From: a virus
Lineage: Duplodnaviria; Heunggongvirae; Uroviricota; Caudoviricetes
Strand: one strand, 5' to 3'
IMG/VR virus record: IMGVR_UViG_3300042568_000774
Length of the DNA stretch: 64,000 nt
Below the pieces are notes generated by a model that saw only the letters and a program-made list of their open reading frames with translations, was not told the DNA's origin and did no database searches. This document shows positions 36,285-45,038 of this stretch, piece by piece; within the stretch, counting starts at the first letter, position 1, and each line of letters opens with the position of its first letter. A program made the position numbers and the translations under genes.

Positions 36285-36605
36285 TTATTCAGATATTTTA
36301 TTTATGTGAACCGTGACATTGGGTAACCATTGTTCCATAGCATATTCAATTGAACCATAAACCAAATCAAATTCTTCTCTATCCCTTAAGACATACATAT
36401 CAAGATAGACATCAATACCGTTGGACATTTTAAGTTTATCAACAATTATTTTATCAACCGATGATACCTCATCAATTTCATCCATCTCACCCAATCCCCA
36501 TTCTTCATCGGACATTACTCTCAAGTTGTTTAATTCATCATCAATCAAACCCTGAACGAGTTGTTTTAATGATTCAATCTTATTTTCTGTTATAATAAAT
36601 TTCAT
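36285..36605 (-). CDS. N-motif family protein, core type (MKFIITENKIESLKQLVQGLIDDE...), acidic
   Basis: ATG at 36605, preceded by TATATTTATTTAT. The ORF-track extension to 36629 is upstream sequence. Repeat copy 2 lies 20 nt upstream. Confidence 0.6.
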   Translation of the reverse strand: MKFIITENKIESLKQLVQGLIDDELNNLRVMSDEEWGLGEMDEIDEVSSVDKIIVDKLKMSNGIDVYLDMYVLRDREEFDLVYGSIEYAMEQWLPNVTVHINKISE

Positions 36606-36625
36606 ATAAATAAATATACGACATT

Positions 36626-36680
36626 CCAAAAAAAGGGGGCGGGGGGATTGACAAACGACCGGAGGGAGTCCGGTTCCGGA
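36626..36680. repeat. GC-rich intergenic repeat, copy 2 (CCAAAAAAAGGGGGCGGGGGGATTGACAAACGACCGGAGGGAGTCCGGTT)
   Basis: Nearly identical to copy 3. Contains the ACCGGA-GGGAG-TCCGGT hairpin and a TTGACA hexamer. Confidence 0.7.
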
Positions 36681-36728
36681 GAGACAATAAAAGTTGTATA
36701 ATTAAAAAATTATTTTTACATTTGTAAA

Positions 36729-37154
36729 ATGGAAAATAGTATAACAATTTTATTAGATAGATGTTTTGAGTGTGGGACAATAGGGGATATTGATTTCCAT
36801 CACGTTGTTCCCAAGAGTAAAGGGGGAACTCAAATGATACCCTTATGTTTATCTTGTCATTCAAAGGTTCACGGAGAACATATGTTAGAAATTAGAAAAC
36901 TTGCCGTGGAAGCCAAAAAGAAAAAAATGAAAGATTTTAATGAAAATGGAATACCTCATAATTTTGGTAGAAAAAATGGGTCAAAAGAAAGTGAGGAAAC
37001 ATTTATGAATAAACAAACAACCAAAGATATCATTTATCTATTGTCGTTTGAGGGTAATACTTTAAGGGGTATTGCGGAAATGGTTAAATGTTCGACAAAA
37101 ACAGTTCAAAAAGTTAAAAATATTGTTAATGAATTAAAAAACCCCACTCGTTGA
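36729..37154 (+). CDS. HNH endonuclease (homing-endonuclease-like) with a C-terminal HTH-like segment
   Basis: CFECGTIGDIDFHHVVPKSKGGTQ..PLCLSCHSKVH matches the HNH motif (C..C...HH..P...GG....LC..CH..H). It is the only plus-strand gene in this stretch of the array and sits between repeat copies 2 and 3. Confidence 0.7.
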   Translation: MENSITILLDRCFECGTIGDIDFHHVVPKSKGGTQMIPLCLSCHSKVHGEHMLEIRKLAVEAKKKKMKDFNENGIPHNFGRKNGSKESEETFMNKQTTKDIIYLLSFEGNTLRGIAEMVKCSTKTVQKVKNIVNELKNPTR

Positions 37155-37165
37155 AGTGGGGGTTC
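37135..37165. terminator. bidirectional terminator AAAAACCCCACTCGTTGAAGTGGGGGTTC
   Basis: CCCCACT/AGTGGGG stem. Confidence 0.7.
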
Positions 37166-37167
37166 AA

Positions 37168-37422
37168 TTAATTTCCAAACTCAACCTCAGTGTCAATATT
37201 TGACATTTCATCATTAACGATGTCTTGTTCTGATAGTTCTTCACCCAAAGTAGAATACAAACTACCAAGTGAATCCATATCCCATAGATTATCACTAAGA
37301 TATTCTTTTACTTCTTCTTCGGTCTTACCCAATAACTCAGGATAATTATCCGTGTCAATCTCAACTGACTCTCTTGTTCTGTATGTGGTATAAGATTCCA
37401 CAACATTAACTGTTAATTTCAT
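37168..37422 (-). CDS. small acidic protein (84 aa)
   Basis: E/D-rich ORF. Confidence 0.4.
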   Translation of the reverse strand: MKLTVNVVESYTTYRTRESVEIDTDNYPELLGKTEEEVKEYLSDNLWDMDSLGSLYSTLGEELSEQDIVNDEMSNIDTEVEFGN

Positions 37423-37425
37423 ATC

Positions 37426-37707
37426 TTACTCAGCAGAATCAAATATCTTATTCCATCTCTTACCTTCTTCGTATGGATTACTAACATACTTGTTAAGTTC
37501 TTCCATCGCCTCACTTACATTTGTAAATGGAATCTCTTTACATCCCACTCTAACAACACACCCCACACTCAAGAAACGAAGTTCAATAGTGTACTCTCTT
37601 AAGATTTGTTGTTTGTTTGGTTTATACTCTTCCTTTGTGTACTCTCTGTCCATCATTGGTCTGTCCCCAATTTCTCTCGGTCTTTCTGTTACGTCTTCTC
37701 CGTACAT
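37426..37707 (-). CDS. small hypothetical protein (93 aa)
   Basis: ORF. Repeat copy 3 lies about 90 nt upstream. Confidence 0.4.
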   Translation of the reverse strand: MYGEDVTERPREIGDRPMMDREYTKEEYKPNKQQILREYTIELRFLSVGCVVRVGCKEIPFTNVSEAMEELNKYVSNPYEEGKRWNKIFDSAE

Positions 37708-37797
37708 AATATTTTTGATTTAATAATTTATAATACCCAAACATAGACATTTGACTTTTAATAGTCAAATCTCATATTCCGATATACGATATGACTA

Positions 37798-37850
37798 ATC
37801 AAAAAAAGGGGGCGGGGGGATTGACAAACGACCGAAGGGAGTCCGGTTTA
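37798..37850. repeat. GC-rich intergenic repeat, copy 3 (AAAAAAAGGGGGCGGGGGGATTGACAAACGACCGAAGGGAGTCCGGTT)
   Basis: Near-identical to copy 2. Followed by the terminator at 37863-37897. Confidence 0.7.
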
Positions 37851-37862
37851 TACGAGAGATAA

Positions 37863-37897
37863 CAAAAAACCCCCAACTACATAAGCGGGGGGTTTCA
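37863..37897. terminator. terminator AAAAAACCCCCAACTACATAAGCGGGGGGTTTC
   Basis: C5/G6 stem. Confidence 0.65.
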
Positions 37898-37902
37898 ATA
37901 TA

Positions 37903-38766
37903 TTAGTTAATCATAAACTTAACATCATTATCTCCAATCATACCATAAAGTTTATTCTTGGATAATCCCTTATTATATACCTCCTTGACAATTACCTCAT
38001 AACACTTGTCGATGTTCTTACTAACAGGTAACTCACCCATTTGAAGTGTCTTGTTGATTAATCTCTTAATATCAAGGTTGGGGGTGTACATAACATTAAT
38101 ATATGCTTTGATGTATTGTCTCTTCCCACTATTAATAATACTTGGAATCAATGAGTTCAATATTTTTAAATCCCTATCAACATACTCATACATCTCATCG
38201 GTCAATAATAAATCCCCCTCCTTGAATTGTTGATACCAAACGTATCTATAATCACCCTTATACCTATTGATGATTGTTAAGATAGTTTCGTGTTCCAACA
38301 TATCATACTTCTCAAATAATTCTTTATATAGAATATATGGTTTAATCCCTAATAAACATTTGGAATACATAAAATTGGTAATGTCCCAAGTCTTAGATGC
38401 CGTATTCAATAACTCAACAATTGAAAGAGATTTTTCCATAACCTCAATGTCGAAGTCCTCACGGATAATAAAAGATACCGGTAACTCCAATTCAGTACAA
38501 GCACTATATCTGTGTTGCCCCTCGATAATCTTATATGGTTTTCCATCATTAGATACATTATCAATCCCAATGATAATAGCAGATTCCAAAATCTGTTTCT
38601 TACTCAATGATTCCTTAATGTTGTTTAGATTGGTTTGGTCTATTTCTCGGTTTCCCTTAATGAAACCAAATAGATGGTAGTCTTTGGTTATATAAACCTT
38701 TGTTAATTCTTGAACATTTCCGTAGATTGGAAATGTCATAGTTTTCTCTTCGAAAATCTCTGTCAT
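37903..38766 (-). CDS. ParB/Srx-superfamily (DUF262-like) nuclease-domain protein
   Basis: GKPYKIIEGQHRYSAC matches the (D/E)GQ(H/Q)R motif of ParB-like and DUF262 N-terminal domains. 287 aa. Confidence 0.55.
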   Translation of the reverse strand: MTEIFEEKTMTFPIYGNVQELTKVYITKDYHLFGFIKGNREIDQTNLNNIKESLSKKQILESAIIIGIDNVSNDGKPYKIIEGQHRYSACTELELPVSFIIREDFDIEVMEKSLSIVELLNTASKTWDITNFMYSKCLLGIKPYILYKELFEKYDMLEHETILTIINRYKGDYRYVWYQQFKEGDLLLTDEMYEYVDRDLKILNSLIPSIINSGKRQYIKAYINVMYTPNLDIKRLINKTLQMGELPVSKNIDKCYEVIVKEVYNKGLSKNKLYGMIGDNDVKFMIN

Positions 38767-38971
38767 AATAAATTGTTTTTAAATTCTTTATTGTCGTCAA
38801 ACGACCGTTTAATTTCTATTTACCAACCTTAACGTGCGCACGCTCTACTTGTTAGTCTGATACAAAGATAAAAACAATATTAAAAAAAAAAACCATTTTT
38901 ACAAAAAAAATCCCAAAAATTTTTTTTCACTATTTGAGTATATTCAGGAATCAAAAGATTTTTACCGGAAA

Positions 38972-39000
38972 ATAAAAAACCCCTCCGTAAAGAAGGGGTC
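38972..39000. terminator. terminator AAAAAACCCCTCCGTAAAGAAGGGGTC
   Basis: CCCCTC/GAAGGGG stem. Confidence 0.65.
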
Positions 39001-39350
39001 TATCTTATTTGTTACACCATCCGAAACAAATCTTTCCGAAGGTTATTCTACTAATGAAATTACAAATCATTCTCATACCAAAATTATTTATTAGTTTATT
39101 AATCAATTATAAATATAAACAAACTAATCCACACTATCAACCGGGGGGACGATTTTTTCCCAAAAATTTTTTATGGTTTTTTTTAACGAATACTTTGTTT
39201 AAGGGATTATCCCCCCTATTTGACTGTCAATATGTCATATATGGAGGGGGGATACGGGGGAGGGAGGGGGTAGCCCCCGGTATAGGGGGTAATGTAGGGA
39301 GGAGTTATCAAAAGTTATTGATACCTCCCCTCCGGTATGATGTTAATAAG

Positions 39351-39791
39351 TTATTGTAATATGTAATGGTCACGTCTGATGTTACGTGGTATGAATACTT
39401 GTTCCCCTCTGAAGTTCTCGTAAGGGTAAGTGATACTAAAACCTTCCGGTAGTTCTTCATTCATATTAGTAAGTAGTTCTTCAATCTTTGCTGAGGTATC
39501 GTATGATAGGTCTTTAATGTGGGGGAACTTATCATAACTAAATGGTCCACCTAATGAATACATGGGATAAGGTCCTTCATTTTCTATTATTCTTTTCCAA
39601 GTATCATCTGTGTCTGCGTCAAAGAACTTGGCCAACTTATCATAGTCAACCATGAAGTCGATGTTTAACATTGTGTCGTACTTAAGAAAGTCCTCTGATG
39701 GTTTCCATCCTACGATGAAAGGGAATCTACGACTGATTGCCTTAATCATCTTATCGAGAGCACGTTCTTGTTTTTTAGTTAGTTGTTCCAT
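39351..39791 (-). CDS. hypothetical protein (146 aa)
   Basis: ORF within the GC-rich island. Confidence 0.45.
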   Translation of the reverse strand: MEQLTKKQERALDKMIKAISRRFPFIVGWKPSEDFLKYDTMLNIDFMVDYDKLAKFFDADTDDTWKRIIENEGPYPMYSLGGPFSYDKFPHIKDLSYDTSAKIEELLTNMNEELPEGFSITYPYENFRGEQVFIPRNIRRDHYILQ

Positions 39792-40230
39792 ATGTTAATA
39801 AATACTTTGATTGGGGGAAAAATAATACATTAATTATTTGGTGGTGTCAAATGTTATTCGTACCTTTGTATCACTGAATTGGTAATCAACCCAACAGGGG
39901 GCGGACCGGATGGTGGAAGAGTGGACTCCACAGCGCTTTATATTTTTTATATAAATCCCCCATTTACTGAGAATATGATAATCGAACCTACATACTTCTG
40001 AAAATAATTCGTAAAGAATTATCTTATTTGTTGTGAATGTGATAATTTCTTCTTATCTTTGTATATTAAAACATTTATACTATGATGATTATATTCGATA
40101 TCCTTATTGGGATTAGTGTTCTCCTATTCATTGGAGAGGTTGTTGCTCAGAAACTTCCTGAAGGGAATTCCTTTGTGAAGTGGTGGAGAACTCATATCAT
40201 TGGAAAACTTCCTGATGATGACCCCCGCTT

Positions 40231-40560
40231 TTAGTCACCACTTGCAATATAGTCCTCGACACATTGAAGTGAGTGTTCTCTAATCTCCATTGTCATTCCT
40301 GTCAGGTCCTCACTTGACAGAGGGGAATCTATATTTATCTTCTCTATAATATCCCCCATCTCACACTCGGTTAATAATAAAACCCTTTGGTTGAGTGGCT
40401 TTCTTTGTCCCGGAAAGTTAATGTGATTGTATTCACACATTCCTGTATACTGCTCATAACTATAATTCACAACATACTTATCCCCCGTTTTAATTACCTC
40501 AGTCGTGAAATCATTTAGAGATTTCTGACCCTTACTTATACTTGTTCTGTTTTGGTACAT
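40231..40560 (-). CDS. hypothetical protein (109 aa)
   Basis: ORF within the GC-rich island. Confidence 0.4.
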   Translation of the reverse strand: MYQNRTSISKGQKSLNDFTTEVIKTGDKYVVNYSYEQYTGMCEYNHINFPGQRKPLNQRVLLLTECEMGDIIEKINIDSPLSSEDLTGMTMEIREHSLQCVEDYIASGD

Positions 40561-41372
40561 ATAATAAACACTTATTTGTTAATAAATATAAGGGTCTAAT
40601 GTTTATTCTACATACTCATGGGGGGAATTGTTGATAACTTTTTATGTTAAATTTCTTGATTTTGTCAAAATGTCAGGTCTGCTTTGTGATGGGGATAATC
40701 CTTTTACCCACTTTTCCCCCCATTTAATGTGCAGGATTTACCACTTTTTACCACCGAATAGTGTCATGACGCTATGTCAGTGACCACTTTTTCCCCCCTG
40801 TAGGTACTCTCAGGACCAATAAATTAGGTATATACGTTTCCCAGTAAATTATGTTAGTTATGGTGTATGATGCGGTGGAACACGTAGTGTGTTAGGAAGA
40901 TTACTTCAACGACCCGTCAGGTGGTATTAATTGACCACTAATGGACGAACTCAATAGGGTATAATATGGGACACTACAGAGACACTTGACACTCTTAAAA
41001 GTTATGTTTCGTATCAGTGTAGTCAGTTTAAAACTCACAAGAATGATACAAAAGATAACTTACCATAACATCCACTAATTGTTCATTTCATTCCCTTGTT
41101 CATTGCAAATGAACATTATCTAATAATGAACACCATAACGGATTACTAATCGTGTCTGTAGTTTGTCCCCCTTCTTTGTGGGGGGGAATTGTTCCCCCTT
41201 AATGGGGGGGGAATTGTTTACTTGACTATTAATGGTCAATAGTAAAATGATTATAACATTAAAACGCTATAAAGTATGTTTATACCATAATATGGTTATA
41301 AAATAGTAAAGGATGAAACTATGAGTGAATTCCGGAGTGAAACGTAGGACTATGAACGAATAGATTTATCGT

Positions 41373-41846
41373 TTAGTATTTTTTGAATACTACATACATA
41401 ATATATCCACCATCATAAAAGTATCCATAATCTTTTATTACCATATTAAACTCTTCACCTATTCGTGGGAATCTATTTGTTACGATACTCTCTATAACTT
41501 CTGATTCGGACATATCTTTATATTGTGGTTTGTTATATACTGCTGACCAACAAGAATCTACCCATCCTTCGTAGAATACTATTATATCATTATCTAATTC
41601 GTTTTGAATATATACTTGGTCATCATAACCGTCCCAATCATCCACTAACATATCGTAATCAGGTTTCTCTATATTGTGGTTTGGATTTTCATTAACTTGT
41701 TTGAAGAAATTATCTATTATCTCCATTCTTGTAATATCTGACATTGAACAGGACTTATATTGTTCTTCCCCCATTTTTTCGAATCGGTTCTCATCAATTG
41801 AATCCATCATTTCTTTTATCCTATGTATATTCTCGTGTAAGTTCAT
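41373..41846 (-). CDS. N-motif family protein, MNL variant (MNLHENIHRIKEMMDSI...), acidic/aromatic
   Basis: Conserved N-motif. ATG confirmed, preceded by TATATTTATTAGT. Confidence 0.55.
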   Translation of the reverse strand: MNLHENIHRIKEMMDSIDENRFEKMGEEQYKSCSMSDITRMEIIDNFFKQVNENPNHNIEKPDYDMLVDDWDGYDDQVYIQNELDNDIIVFYEGWVDSCWSAVYNKPQYKDMSESEVIESIVTNRFPRIGEEFNMVIKDYGYFYDGGYIMYVVFKKY

Positions 41847-42001
41847 ACTAATAAATATAAAAAAAAGGAGAATGTTACTTCCCCCTTTTCGTAGTAAGTA
41901 TGTTTAATTACTCTGTATATTTTTTTCATAACTCAAATATATATAATTTCCCCCACGTTATCAATAGAAATGTTTTATCTTTGTATGATATTTATATTGA
42001 T

Positions 42002-42271
42002 ATGAAAATGATTATAACTGAAAGTAGAATGTATAATGTGTTTGTGAAATATATTGATTCACAATATGACTTATCATACAATATTAAAACCCGAGAATTT
42101 ATAGATAAAAATAATAATATCTTTGGATATGTTGGGGGAGGAGTTTTTTATTATGGTGGTTTATCTACGGAATTAAACTTGGAAGGGTTCTTTGGTAATA
42201 AAACAAATAAGATGTTAAAAATTTATTTGAGAGATAAATTTCCTGATACACCTATATACTCTATTGAATAA
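42002..42271 (+). CDS. N-motif family protein on the plus strand (MKMIITESRMYNVFVKYID...)
   Basis: ATG at 42002, preceded by GATATTTATATTGAT. Recent paralogue of 42284..42652: the N-terminal nucleotides are near-identical, and both genes are followed by the TCCCCACGCTTT repeat. Confidence 0.55.
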   Translation: MKMIITESRMYNVFVKYIDSQYDLSYNIKTREFIDKNNNIFGYVGGGVFYYGGLSTELNLEGFFGNKTNKMLKIYLRDKFPDTPIYSIE

Positions 42272-42283
42272 TCCCCACGCTTT

Positions 42284-42652
42284 ATGAAAATGATTATAAG
42301 TGAAAGTAAAATGAATCGTATTGTAACCAAATGGTTAAACAATAACTATGGTGATTTGAGAAAGTATAATGCTAAAGGTAGTTATATGTATACCCACTAT
42401 AAGGATGATGATGGGTTAACCATATTCACATATAATCGTAGTTCAGATGTGGTTACCATAATAAATCCCGACTTAGAAAATGATTTAAAAACTATATTTG
42501 GTCTTGATGGAGATAAACTAAATGATATATTTATTCCTTGGTTTAAAGAAAGATATAAAATAAAACCTCGTTTAGTTAAATTTCAGGAAACTACTTACCA
42601 TTGTAATGACTGTGGTAGATATCATACAACAAAATATCATATAGAAGATTAA
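42284..42652 (+). CDS. N-motif family protein on the plus strand (MKMIISESKMNRIVTKWLNNNYG...), C-terminal CNDCGRYH zinc-ribbon-like
   Basis: Conserved N-motif. C..C...H near the C-terminus. Confidence 0.55.
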   Translation: MKMIISESKMNRIVTKWLNNNYGDLRKYNAKGSYMYTHYKDDDGLTIFTYNRSSDVVTIINPDLENDLKTIFGLDGDKLNDIFIPWFKERYKIKPRLVKFQETTYHCNDCGRYHTTKYHIED

Positions 42653-42701
42653 TTCCCCACGCTTTTTGTTTATTTAATTTATTCTTCCTATCTTTGCTCT
42701 T

Positions 42702-43430
42702 ATGATTTCAGATAGAACCAAACAATTTATTTTTAACAACCTAATTCAGGACTTGTCTAATGTAGAAATGATTAGACACGACCAATCCTTGTGGTTTATT
42801 GATAGAGAGAAAAAATATTGGTATTTGGAATTGGTAAAGACCGGGAAACTATATTGGAGATATCAGTTCTTCACCGAATTCTTTAATATGTATTCCATTG
42901 ATAGAGAGGTATATGAACCCATTATTAAAGAATTTGTGGAGTTAGTTCTTAATTGTGACGTAACATCAACAAAAACCACGATGTCAGTATCATCTAAAAT
43001 GGTGTCTACAGTATTAAAAAATAATGAATCCCCCCGTTTAATCGCCGGGTCAATTCCTAACACATCAATGGATTCAGTTTTAAATAACGGAATAACCTCA
43101 ACAGAGGTGGAGTTCGGAGTTTTTAGAAATGAAATAGTGGAGGATGCTCTAAATGATGGTATAACATTAAGTCGTCCGGCAAATAAATCATTAACAATTG
43201 TGGATTCGGTTTTAAATGAGGGTGTAACATCTATGGGATTTACCAATAGGGATAAACCTTTTATTGTAGATTCAGTTCTATCTAATGGTATAACCTCAAC
43301 CCACGAAATTGCCGGATTGTCGGATGATATTGTGGATTCGGTTTTAACTAATGGTGTAACCACAAAACTTCGTGGAGGTAAGTCAACTGAACAAATAGAA
43401 TCCGTTCTTAAAAATGGGATAACATATTAA
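42702..43430 (+). CDS. repeat protein with about 7 copies of (V/I)DSVL.NG(I/V)TST, paralogous to 28579..29586
   Basis: The N-terminal domain (W.I.RE..YW.LEL...GKLYWRYQFFTEFF) aligns with the N-terminus of 28579..29586. The repeats are the same NG(V/I)(K/T)(E/S)T type. Confidence 0.6.
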   Translation: MISDRTKQFIFNNLIQDLSNVEMIRHDQSLWFIDREKKYWYLELVKTGKLYWRYQFFTEFFNMYSIDREVYEPIIKEFVELVLNCDVTSTKTTMSVSSKMVSTVLKNNESPRLIAGSIPNTSMDSVLNNGITSTEVEFGVFRNEIVEDALNDGITLSRPANKSLTIVDSVLNEGVTSMGFTNRDKPFIVDSVLSNGITSTHEIAGLSDDIVDSVLTNGVTTKLRGGKSTEQIESVLKNGITY

Positions 43431-43490
43431 AATATTGTTTAATCCCCCAATTATTACACATTTCGGTAATATTCGTGATTATTACACATT

Positions 43491-43922
43491 TTAGTAATTA
43501 ACTAATATCTCAACCAACTCATCAAGTATTTGTCCCGGTAAACTTTCATAATTAACTTTGAAATCACCTAAGTTAGAATAATTACTATCTGAAGAATAAA
43601 CATCGACATAAAGTTGTTTTCTACCTAAATATTCTATTTGTCTTAATTCATCTTCATCTTCACTATATAAAATTGGTGCGGAATTAACCTCAACAAGACC
43701 AAAACCATTTCCACCCAACTCATCGGAAATTTGGGAAACTTTTTCTTTAATATAATTTACTTTGTCAATCTCTTTTAAGTATGGCTCAATCAAATAATAA
43801 TTCCCCGCCATTTTAATGGCGTCAGCAACACCCATCTTGTCAATCAAATGTCTAATGGTTTCACCTCTGTCATTTTCAGAGATTAAGGTATTAATTCTTT
43901 GTATGTTTTCTATTAAGTTCAT
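43491..43922 (-). CDS. N-motif family protein, MNL variant (MNLIENIQRINTLISEN...)
   Basis: ATG at 43922. The ORF-track start at 43931 is a GTG. Confidence 0.5.
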   Translation of the reverse strand: MNLIENIQRINTLISENDRGETIRHLIDKMGVADAIKMAGNYYLIEPYLKEIDKVNYIKEKVSQISDELGGNGFGLVEVNSAPILYSEDEDELRQIEYLGRKQLYVDVYSSDSNYSNLGDFKVNYESLPGQILDELVEILVNY

Positions 43923-43923
43923 A

Positions 43924-44280
43924 TTATTCACAGTTTACCACTTTTTTATGAAATATATCCACCGACTTTCCTGTGAAATCATAAACTATATTCCACACCT
44001 CATCAATTAATGAATCATATTTGTTTGCTACCGATTGAGTTACCGGAAAAAAGTCAGTACCATATCCCCCGATGAATGTGATGTCAACTCGATAATGTAA
44101 ATACTTATTATCCGAATGTGGTAGTTTTGTCCTATTGTCCGGATGTTTAACTTTTATTTCACAGATAATGTCTCGGTTTTTATTAACCATCATCTTATTT
44201 AATAAGCTCTCTAATATCGGTGACAAATCTTTTGTTGCCTCCTCTATTAGTATTCTTTTTATGGTGTCCTGTAACTTCAT
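43924..44280 (-). CDS. N-motif family-related protein (MKLQDTIKRILIEEATKDL...)
   Basis: The N-terminus is a hybrid of the family variants. Stop and start abut the neighbouring genes. Confidence 0.5.
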   Translation of the reverse strand: MKLQDTIKRILIEEATKDLSPILESLLNKMMVNKNRDIICEIKVKHPDNRTKLPHSDNKYLHYRVDITFIGGYGTDFFPVTQSVANKYDSLIDEVWNIVYDFTGKSVDIFHKKVVNCE

Positions 44281-45038
44281 TATCCAATATTTGCTCCGGT
44301 TATTTGTCTAACCCCATATTCGGGGAAATGTTTCTTAAAGTAATCCTGTACCGCATATCTGTAATGTCTTGACACATACCCAAAAGGAACAAATTGAACT
44401 AATTCATCATGTAATGAATAGTCCCACCATATTTGTTCGTTCTTTTTATCGTATCTCATTAAAATTTTGCTAGGGTCTTTATCATTAAACAATATAATTA
44501 CATTATCATTCTCATCGTATGCGTTCATTGCCATATCTAAAAACTTAACCATAGTTTTTCCCCACTTTGGATATTCTTCCTCATACTCCTGGTCAAAAGA
44601 AGCTCTTGAAACAAAAGCATCTTTACCCTCGCTCATCATATGTTTAAACACTCGTTTTATATGTTTTGGTAAAAAATTAATCGGTATTACTTTTGCTCTG
44701 ATTGTTTCTAATCCTTGTCTTGCCGCTTTCTGTGCTCTGTGGTGCCCATCTATAATTGTTATGAACTCCCCATCATCATTAACAAAGATTAATATAGGAT
44801 ATTGTAAGTCAGCACTTTCTATCTTTCTAACCTCATCTTCATCCCCATCCCACAATAATAAGTGCGGCTTTAATTCTTCTACAGATATTTTCCTCACCGG
44901 AATATCTTCTGTGGCGTTTAATAAATCAATAAGGGTGATTTTATCCCCCTCGTCATTTTCCCAAGATGTATCATGTAACCCTTCATTGATTACTCCCATC
45001 ATCTGATGGATTCTATGTATGTTTTCTTGTAGGTTCAT
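44280..45038 (-). CDS. N-motif (MNLQENIHRIHQMMG) fused to a ParB/Srx-like nuclease domain (DGHHR)
   Basis: ILIFVNDDGEFITIIDGHHRAQKAARQGL is the classic ParB N-terminal domain DGHHR box. ATG confirmed at 45038. Confidence 0.6.
   Translation of the reverse strand: MNLQENIHRIHQMMGVINEGLHDTSWENDEGDKITLIDLLNATEDIPVRKISVEELKPHLLLWDGDEDEVRKIESADLQYPILIFVNDDGEFITIIDGHHRAQKAARQGLETIRAKVIPINFLPKHIKRVFKHMMSEGKDAFVSRASFDQEYEEEYPKWGKTMVKFLDMAMNAYDENDNVIILFNDKDPSKILMRYDKKNEQIWWDYSLHDELVQFVPFGYVSRHYRYAVQDYFKKHFPEYGVRQITGANIG

Larger units (their letters stand above)
38767..41372. other. 2.6 kb poorly coding, GC-enriched island with G-tracts and direct and inverted repeats
   Basis: Only two short ORFs lie inside (39351..39791 and 40231..40560). 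G-runs at 39245-39302. GGGGGGAATTGTT at 40620, 41179 and 41204. CCACTTTTT(A)CC(CCCC) x3 at 40717-40798. Palindromes GTTCATTGCAAATGAAC and CCCCCTTCTTTGTGGGGGGG. Confidence 0.6.

Noticed and set aside
36641-36660. TTGACA hexamer inside the GC-rich repeat as a sigma70 -35 box
   Set aside because: No spaced TATAAT-like -10 follows at 16-18 bp. Bacteroidota sigmaA uses TTTG and TAnnTTTG, not TTGACA/TATAAT. It is kept only as part of the repeat description.
39961-40020. tRNA-like T-loop on the minus strand (GTAGGTTCGATTATC) inside the GC-rich island
   Set aside because: The flanking bases cannot form a T-stem (GTAGG versus ATCAT do not pair), and no acceptor or anticodon arms are discernible. There is no supportable tRNA in the window.
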